A DNA stretch of 64,000 nt. Origin: Syntrophorhabdaceae bacterium (GTDB taxonomy: Bacteria > Desulfobacterota > Syntrophorhabdia > Syntrophorhabdales > Syntrophorhabdaceae). Where the stretch lies: positions 5,376,001 to 5,440,000 of the forward strand of contig OY762209.1 of the NCBI GenBank assembly GCA_963665295.1. Direction: 5' to 3'. Shown here piece after piece: positions 58,111 to 64,000 of the stretch. The notes under the pieces were generated by a model. The model was not told where the DNA came from and made no database searches. It was given only the letters and a program-made list of their open reading frames with translations. The position numbers and the translations under genes are program-made. The number at the start of each line of letters is the position of its first letter. Within the stretch, counting starts at the first letter, position 1.

Positions 58111-58414
58111 AAGATGCTGCTGGTTTCAGTACTGATTGTCTTGCCTTGTTCCAGACGGACTCGTCTTTTGCTGCGTCGAGGAACTCGTGGCCTTGCCAAG
58201 TGAGATTTCCGGGGTCCCAATCAAATCCGTCAGGTCCCATGCTCGAAACGTCCTCCGCTTCGATCAGGCCAGCCTCGCATAATAACTTGATGTGATATGA
58301 CACCTGACTGCTGCTATAGCCATCTATTTCCGGGCTGTCATGAAGACCCCAAGGGTCCTCACATTCTTCTATTTTCTTCAGTATTGAACGAGCAAGGTCA
58401 AGATCGCGCTTCAT
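58046..58414 (-). CDS. DUF2513 family protein
   Basis: MKRDLDLARSIL..IE..VSYHIKLLCEAGLI..LTWQGHEFLDA..VWNK. Confidence 0.85.
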   Translation of the reverse strand: MKRDLDLARSILKKIEECEDPWGLHDSPEIDGYSSSQVSYHIKLLCEAGLIEAEDVSSMGPDGFDWDPGNLTWQGHEFLDAAKDESVWNKARQSVLKPAASFTFDLLLQWLKTEAKQTLGLP

Positions 58415-58466
58415 GCTGGGCCTTAGTCATTATATCACAAGGCGTTTTAGAAGGGGAAACAAAATT

Positions 58467-60692
58467 ATGAACGAGTGGTTGACAGCAAAGGAACTGGCGG
58501 GACTCACCATGATGCCCAAAACGGAAAGCGGGGTAATAAGGAAAGCTCTCGCCGAACAATGGTCCTTCCGTGACGTTCCAGGCAAAGGGGGTCCTCGCGG
58601 GATGCGCCGCCAATACCACATATCCGCCCTCCCCGAAGAGACCCGCGTGGCGATCCTCACCGCCGCCGCGTGCCCGGCTCCGGCCCCCGATGCCGAGCCC
58701 GCCCCTGAAACCACCCCGGAGGCCCTTGAGGCTTATCTTTCCACGCGCCGCATTACCCTTTCCCCCGCGCAACTCGCGGACCCCGCGTTACAGCGCAAGC
58801 TCGCGGTCGCCCGCGCCGTCAACGCCTGCCCCGCCTATTCCGGCCGGGAAAAGCTTATCAGCTCCCTCGCCTCCGAGCACGGCGTAACCCCGATCACCAT
58901 CAGACGTTGGGTTGACTATGTGGAAACCCTTCCCGCGCGCACCTCGAAGCCCCGCGTGAAATTGGGCGACGAGCGCATAGATATCCCCGAGACCCACGCC
59001 TTCACCCCCGAGGCCCTCGCGTGCGGCCTTATGAGTTATGCAAATGACATGAAGGCCGGGTTGAAATCCGCCTACCGCGCCATGCAGTCACAGGCCCCCT
59101 CCCGGGAATGGCGGATGGGCGATTATGTCTCATTCACCCGCCTCGTGAAAAAGCTCCCGGACGCCCTCTGGCTGCGCATCCGCAAAGGGGCGATAGGGTT
59201 CGAGCTGCACGGCCTCCCGAAGATTATCAAGCAATGGACCGCAATTCCCGTGCAGAGCGTCCTTTGTGGCGACCAGAAGATTTTTGACTATACAATCTAC
59301 GATCCTAAAATGGACGAACTGATCAACCCGAACGGGTACCTCTGGATGGATTGCTCGTCACGCATGATCAACGGCGCATCGATCGAGTTCGGCCATTATA
59401 ACAGCTACACAGTGGCCAACGCCCTGCGGCACGCGCTCAGCTTCGGCAATCCCGATGAACTTTACACGGACTGGGGCAAACCGGAGGGAAGCAAACACAT
59501 CGCGGGCATCAGAGCCGCCCTCAACGGGCATTCGCTTTCCGGCGATTTCCAACAGATGGAGGACAAATACGGCCTATTCGATGAGGACGTGAAGGAGCGC
59601 AAATCGCGGCCCGGCGTACCCTGGGTAAAGCCCATTGAAAATATCAATAACTTGATCGAGCAGCGCCTTACCTCGAAGGGCCTTCCCGGGTACCGCAAGC
59701 GCAAAGGGGATGCATGGGAGAACAAGGAGGTCCAGGAACTCCTCAAAAAACAGGCGAAAAAGGGTATGCTCATGACGCCCGAACGGTTTGTTACCGAGGT
59801 GTACACCGTGATCGATGAGCATAACCGGGCGCAAAAGGTCCTGAAAGAGGGCCGGACCATCATCCCCCTCGACTTTTTCCACACCGGCCTCATGACACAG
59901 CGCAGAGATGTTTTTGATAGTACCACGCTCAATTACATATGCCTTCCCCGCGTAGCCCGCCAGCCGCTTCAGTGCGTGGTGAGCGTCATGGTGCGCCGTG
60001 AAAAGAGGGGCTACTACAGCCCCAAATTGTCGGGATGGAGAAAGGGCAAGGTGTGGGTCGCCTATGACCCCTATGACCGGTACGCTCCCGCGGTAATAAG
60101 CGATGAGCGCGGAGACATAATCGACATCGCGGGCCCGTGGCACGTGCAAAACCCCTACGATAAGGAAGGGGTTTCCGAAAAACGCCACCGCCAAGCCGAG
60201 CTTATGAAATGGGTAAACGAACACGCCCGCCGTCTGAAAGAAGGCTTTGACCTCTACAAACCGGAGGTCATGGAGAAGGCCCCCATCAAATTGACGAGTG
60301 TCACCGGCCCGGCCGCGGAGGCCGAAAAGGGCGTAAAAATCTACCACCTCCGCAAACAGGAGGAAAGACAGGAAACAAAGCGGATCGCCCAGGAAGCAGC
60401 GCGGGGTCAAAAAGAGCTTGAGGCCGAATTTGCTGCGGTAGCCTCCAATGGACCCGCCGAGATCGACGGATGGTCCCTTGGCGAGGGGAGGGATAGATAT
60501 ATTTTCTGGCTCACCCTCTCATACCGGGTGACCCTCGATCAGGCCCTTACCGAAAAAGAGCAGTATTTCTACACCCAATATCCCAACACAGGGGATTACC
60601 GGTCGTGTCGCACCCTACATGAGGATTTTGGAGAAAAATACATAGGAGGAGATGAATGCCGGAGCAAACCAAGGTTGGAAAGGGTACAATAG
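58467..60692 (+). CDS. MuA-like DDE transposase
   Basis: N-terminal Mu-type HTH (EWLTAKELAGL..MPKT..GV...GKGG..YHISALPEE); candidate DDE residues in LCGDQK, YTDWGK and KPIEN. Confidence 0.88.
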   Translation: MNEWLTAKELAGLTMMPKTESGVIRKALAEQWSFRDVPGKGGPRGMRRQYHISALPEETRVAILTAAACPAPAPDAEPAPETTPEALEAYLSTRRITLSPAQLADPALQRKLAVARAVNACPAYSGREKLISSLASEHGVTPITIRRWVDYVETLPARTSKPRVKLGDERIDIPETHAFTPEALACGLMSYANDMKAGLKSAYRAMQSQAPSREWRMGDYVSFTRLVKKLPDALWLRIRKGAIGFELHGLPKIIKQWTAIPVQSVLCGDQKIFDYTIYDPKMDELINPNGYLWMDCSSRMINGASIEFGHYNSYTVANALRHALSFGNPDELYTDWGKPEGSKHIAGIRAALNGHSLSGDFQQMEDKYGLFDEDVKERKSRPGVPWVKPIENINNLIEQRLTSKGLPGYRKRKGDAWENKEVQELLKKQAKKGMLMTPERFVTEVYTVIDEHNRAQKVLKEGRTIIPLDFFHTGLMTQRRDVFDSTTLNYICLPRVARQPLQCVVSVMVRREKRGYYSPKLSGWRKGKVWVAYDPYDRYAPAVISDERGDIIDIAGPWHVQNPYDKEGVSEKRHRQAELMKWVNEHARRLKEGFDLYKPEVMEKAPIKLTSVTGPAAEAEKGVKIYHLRKQEERQETKRIAQEAARGQKELEAEFAAVASNGPAEIDGWSLGEGRDRYIFWLTLSYRVTLDQALTEKEQYFYTQYPNTGDYRSCRTLHEDFGEKYIGGDECRSKPRLERVQ

Positions 60693-61420
60693 CGCCCCTC
60701 AAGAATGTCGCCCTCGCCTTGAAGGCGATGGACGGGGCCTTTGAGCGCATGGCTCAGCGCGAGGACGGAGAGCCGGGAATGGTCTGTCTCTACGGCCCCG
60801 CAGGAATAGGCAAGTCTCACGCGGCAACGTACACGATGATCAAACACAGGGCCTATTATGTCCAGGTGAGAAGTACGTGGACCAAGAAAGACATTCTTTC
60901 GGCGATTGTGGAAGACATGGGCATTCCGAAAGAGCGCACCATGTCGGGCCTCACGGGCCAGATCGGGCGTCAGCTCATTGAGACCGGCCGACCACTCATC
61001 GTTGACGAAATGGACCATGTGGTAAAGAGGGACGCGGTAGACATCATCAGGGACCTCTATGACATTGCCCACGTGCCTATCATGCTCGTAGGGGAGGAGA
61101 AGCTCCCCGACAACCTCAAGAAACAGGAGCGTTTTCATCGCCGCGTCTTCGACTGGGTGCCCGCCCAGCCCGCAGACGCCCGGGACGCCAAAATTTTAGC
61201 GCCCTTCTATGCCCGGCGTATCGAGATATCCGACGACCTCCTTGCCGAAGTGGCCTCTCATGCAAAAGGGTCGCTCTCCCGCATATCGGTCAACTTATCG
61301 AGGATCGAGCGCGAGAGCCTTGAAGTAGGGAAAACCATAATGGACCTCATAACCTGGGTAGGCATGAAAAAGGGTTTCTGGACCGGGGAAGGCGTGGTCA
61401 GGGGGGAATACGTACCGTGA
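60656..61420 (+). CDS. MuB-like AAA+ transposition ATPase
   Basis: GPAGIGKS Walker A, LIVDEMD Walker B, IRDLYD, LVGEE. Confidence 0.9.
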   Translation: MPEQTKVGKGTIAPLKNVALALKAMDGAFERMAQREDGEPGMVCLYGPAGIGKSHAATYTMIKHRAYYVQVRSTWTKKDILSAIVEDMGIPKERTMSGLTGQIGRQLIETGRPLIVDEMDHVVKRDAVDIIRDLYDIAHVPIMLVGEEKLPDNLKKQERFHRRVFDWVPAQPADARDAKILAPFYARRIEISDDLLAEVASHAKGSLSRISVNLSRIERESLEVGKTIMDLITWVGMKKGFWTGEGVVRGEYVP

Positions 61421-61998
61421 CCCATCAACGTAACCACGACAATCTGTGGCAAAGGGTGAGAAAGCTCAAAAAGGTCGCCCCGGAGGAGATCATAGAACTC
61501 GCCTTCTCAGTGAGGGCAAGCGCCGCGTCGGTAACCCTTAACCTCGACAAATGGACGCTCTCCGGCCACCTCGAAAAGACGGACGCCGGGTACCGCCTTG
61601 TGAAGGACTCACGAGAGGCCCCCATAGTCCGGGCGGATGGCACGGTAATGGTCCGGGACAGCGGCCAACAGCGCATGTGGAGAATCCTCCAGGTCAGGGG
61701 ACGGGCAACGATCAGCGAACTCATCATGTACGGGAGCCTCGAAAACAACCCGGTCTCCCGGGATGGAGCGGTGACGTTCGCGAAATACCTGGAATACGCC
61801 GGGTATCTCCGGAGGGCCGCAAGGACCCCCAAGGGGGCGCGCTTCGCCTTCGAGCGGGCGACGTTTATCCTCATTAAAAACACCGGCCCCGTGGCCCCGC
61901 AGATCACCAGGGCAAAAGAAGGGAGAGGAAAAGAAGTGTATGACCGGAACCTGAGGAAAACGGTCTGGACAACGGAAAAAGGGATGGTGGAGGCATGA
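61417..61998 (+). CDS. Mu-like phage protein with tandem winged-HTH-like repeats
   Basis: GQQRMWRIL..YLEYAGYL..LIKNTGPVAPQI..VYDRN; GTGA coupling to MuB. Confidence 0.7.
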   Translation: MTHQRNHDNLWQRVRKLKKVAPEEIIELAFSVRASAASVTLNLDKWTLSGHLEKTDAGYRLVKDSREAPIVRADGTVMVRDSGQQRMWRILQVRGRATISELIMYGSLENNPVSRDGAVTFAKYLEYAGYLRRAARTPKGARFAFERATFILIKNTGPVAPQITRAKEGRGKEVYDRNLRKTVWTTEKGMVEA

Positions 61999-62306
61999 CG
62001 ACAGAGGACCTGCAACGGATCGTTGAAAAAGAGGGGCTCCAGGCCGTGGCTGACAGGATCGGCAAAAGCAAGACCGCAGTATGCCACGTCGTGAGGGGAA
62101 CTTATAAGGGCAAGCCGGACAGAGTTCTCGACGCGGCGGAAGAGGCATATTCGCAACGGATCATTGAATGCCCCGTGAAAGGGGAAATCAGTTATGCGGA
62201 GTGCGTAGAAAATTCGCGCCTGCCCTTTTCCAGCGTAAACCCTATAAGGGTCAGACTCGCAAGGACGTGTCCGAGATGCGGGCACAAGACGGGGAGGGAT
62301 ATGTAA
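61995..62306 (+). CDS. Phage HTH protein with Cys-rich C-terminus
   Basis: QAVADRIGKSKTAVCHVVRGTYKG; CPVKGEI..C; CPRC. Confidence 0.75.
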   Translation: MTTEDLQRIVEKEGLQAVADRIGKSKTAVCHVVRGTYKGKPDRVLDAAEEAYSQRIIECPVKGEISYAECVENSRLPFSSVNPIRVRLARTCPRCGHKTGRDM

Positions 62307-62569
62307 TGGCAAAAAGCAGGAACAAAAGCGCGAACATTACTGCTCAGATTTATGACGGCGCGGTAGATATCTCTTACGACTGTACCGCTTCCGGGCGGTG
62401 TGCCTACACGCTGTGCGAGGTGATGCCCCCTCCGGAGGGTGACGAGTGTGCATTCAAGCAATACGGATCGTGCCGGGCGCGAGCCCCGCAGGAGGAGTCG
62501 CTCAAATCCCTGAGAAACGCGATCACTGCCGAGCTGAAGAGGCTCGAAGAAGAGGAGGAAAACGCATGA
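62306..62569 (+). CDS. Phage hypothetical protein
   Basis: TAATG coupling, GGAGG RBS (MAKSRNKSAN...). Confidence 0.6.
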   Translation: MAKSRNKSANITAQIYDGAVDISYDCTASGRCAYTLCEVMPPPEGDECAFKQYGSCRARAPQEESLKSLRNAITAELKRLEEEEENA

Positions 62570-62826
62570 TTAAGGACCATCCATGGATAGGTAAACAGGT
62601 GCGGTACGGTAATGAAAAGGAGAAAGAGGGCGGTGTCATCACGGGCGTTCGCACGATGCGAGGAGCGATGTTCGACGAGAAAACAAAGACCCTGCGGGTC
62701 GGGTATGAACTCCGCATTAAACCGGACACGGGCGGACCTACCTTTTGGATTAGCAACGTGTTCGAGCCTCAAGGAAAAGAGGAGGACGTGAAGCCCATAA
62801 GAGAGGAGGTGCAAAGTGGAACATAG
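62566..62826 (+). CDS. Phage hypothetical protein
   Basis: ATGA coupling, GGAGG RBS (MIKDHPWIGK...). Confidence 0.6.
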   Translation: MIKDHPWIGKQVRYGNEKEKEGGVITGVRTMRGAMFDEKTKTLRVGYELRIKPDTGGPTFWISNVFEPQGKEEDVKPIREEVQSGT

Positions 62827-63283
62827 GCAGATCGTGAGGCAATCGGCACCCGCTCCGGAGGCCCCTAACCCGTGGCAAGGGGAGGAGCTTAAACACTTTT
62901 GGGCGCTGGCGAACAGCGTTTTCGGGCCTAAGCAGGCTACCGGGCGCGTATATGACGTGATCTCGATCCGTTACAAAAAAGGCAAATTGCACGAACTCGA
63001 CCGGTCCGAATTTGCTGGCCTCCTCGCGGAGCTGCACATTCGCGCCCAGGGCAATCTTGATGCACAGTTCCGGGGTACGCCCATGGCGGGGCCATGGCGC
63101 AAAATACGTTGGCTCCAAAGGGAACTCGACTGGTCGGATCAGAAACTAATCAACTACATTCTCTGGCATGGTCGCAAAACCGGTCGGGCCGTGGACTCCA
63201 TCAACTGGCTCACGGTGGACAAGTCACGGGCCATCATCACGGGCATGCACAAAATGCGCGCCCGCTCAAGGGTGGGAAAATGA
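62816..63283 (+). CDS. GemA/gp16-like (DUF1018-like) phage protein
   Basis: KIRWLQRELDWSDQKLINYI..VDSINWLT..SRAIITGMHKM resembles the GemA C-terminus; GGAGG RBS. Confidence 0.6.
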   Translation: MEHRQIVRQSAPAPEAPNPWQGEELKHFWALANSVFGPKQATGRVYDVISIRYKKGKLHELDRSEFAGLLAELHIRAQGNLDAQFRGTPMAGPWRKIRWLQRELDWSDQKLINYILWHGRKTGRAVDSINWLTVDKSRAIITGMHKMRARSRVGK

Positions 63284-63411
63284 AGACGGCTGCGGTAATC
63301 GTGGCAACAACAATATTGCTTGTCCCGGCCGTAATAGCCGGGACTCTCGCGGCGATCGTGGGAGCGATCACGAGCGGGGAAAACTGCTTCAGGGGAGGTG
63401 GACTCAAATGA
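63280..63411 (+). CDS. Small hydrophobic phage protein
   Basis: ATGA coupling on both sides; MKTAAVIVATTILLVPAVIAGTLAAIVGAI. Confidence 0.5.
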   Translation: MKTAAVIVATTILLVPAVIAGTLAAIVGAITSGENCFRGGGLK

Positions 63412-63617
63412 ATGATTTGAATACCGAAGGACAGAGAACAGTGCATCTCGCAAGGCTCATCAACAGGCAAGGAGAGATATCGCCTCTCTGCGCGGTGTCG
63501 CCCAGAGCATTGAACCTCAAAAAGGAATCATGGACCACCCAGGTGAGATACGTCACGTGTCTCAGGTGTCAGGCCAAAATCAGGGGCAGGGTCCAGAAAT
63601 CAAGGGGTGCGGAATGA
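63408..63617 (+). CDS. Phage hypothetical protein
   Basis: GGAGG RBS, ATGA coupling; VTCLRC. Confidence 0.55.
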   Translation: MNDLNTEGQRTVHLARLINRQGEISPLCAVSPRALNLKKESWTTQVRYVTCLRCQAKIRGRVQKSRGAE

Positions 63618-63892
63618 GGGTGCCTGTCAAGGTATCAAAGCTCACCAAGGCTGAAACGAGAGAACTCCGCGAGCCTATCAGCAAACAACTGAACGTATCT
63701 CTCTATTCCGGGGAAGGTGGTATGCCGGTCCTTGTCTTTGATGACGACATGAATCAGGCGTACACAATCCGGGTTGCAGACTACATCGAGGGGGTTATGA
63801 CGGCCGCGATGAAGGCCAGGAAAGAGAAGGAGGCCCATGAAAAGGAAAGGAGGAGGAAGACACGCGGCAAGAAGACAGGGGTAAAGCGATGA
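63614..63892 (+). CDS. Phage hypothetical protein
   Basis: ATGA coupling (MRVPVKVSK...). Confidence 0.55.
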   Translation: MRVPVKVSKLTKAETRELREPISKQLNVSLYSGEGGMPVLVFDDDMNQAYTIRVADYIEGVMTAAMKARKEKEAHEKERRRKTRGKKTGVKR

Positions 63893-64000
63893 GGGCATCG
63901 GTGGTAGTAAGAAAACTGCCTCCCAACACGCGGTGGGACGGGTCCCACATGCCCGTGGACCGTCTGATCGAGGGTCACAAAATCACGCTTCTCGGCCCCT
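63889..64000 (+). CDS. Phage hypothetical protein, partial
   Basis: ATGA coupling; frame open to the window end. Confidence 0.4.
   Translation, partial: MRASVVVRKLPPNTRWDGSHMPVDRLIEGHKITLLGP

Larger units (their letters stand above)
52481..64000 (+). mobile_element. Mu-like transposable prophage, left arm (continues beyond window; left boundary tentative)
   Basis: Divergent repressor/ner pair, MuA DDE transposase, MuB ATPase, gemA-like gene and a run of short coupled ORFs; composition shift after 52.3 kb. Confidence 0.85.

Noticed and set aside
58467..61420. Tn7/CAST-type TnsB-TnsC transposon
   Set aside because: No TniQ, TnsA or Cas genes; the Mu-type HTH, repressor/ner switch and gemA-like gene point to a transposable phage.
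1..64000. tRNA or rRNA genes
   Set aside because: None recognised by eye; tRNAscan-SE and Infernal would be needed to exclude them.

Overview
Chromosomal window of a GC-rich anaerobic Gram-negative bacterium. Gene content suggests a syntrophic aromatic-degrading Desulfobacterota/deltaproteobacterium, possibly Syntrophorhabdus-like (inference). Main blocks: (1) a complete class II tungsten-dependent benzoyl-CoA reductase operon, bamBCD-fdhD-bamEFGHI (7.0-18.5 kb, minus strand). bamE (HdrA-like) and bamF (MvhD-like) each carry an in-frame UGA at a conserved Cys position followed by a SECIS-like hairpin. Three tandem sigma70-like promoters overlapped by palindromic operators lie upstream. (2) An orphan ParA with a coupled membrane-anchored partner. 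(3) der/MFS/NUDIX genes next to a five-copy 86-bp hairpin-rich tandem repeat. (4) A Wsp-like chemosensory operon with a soluble MCP containing a recently duplicated PAS domain and a cheW frameshifted at a C7T4 run. (5) Lon-type protease, SDR and a secreted metallophosphoesterase. (6) An ADP-heptose/LPS-core operon with two embedded radical SAM genes. (7) From about 52.5 kb to the window end, the left arm of a Mu-like transposable prophage (repressor, ner-like, MuA, MuB, gemA-like). Between its candidate left end and the repressor is AT-richer cargo (HEPN, DUF4145-like and coiled-coil/2TM proteins) resembling an anti-phage defence cassette. All family calls come from visible motifs and recall; no searches were run.
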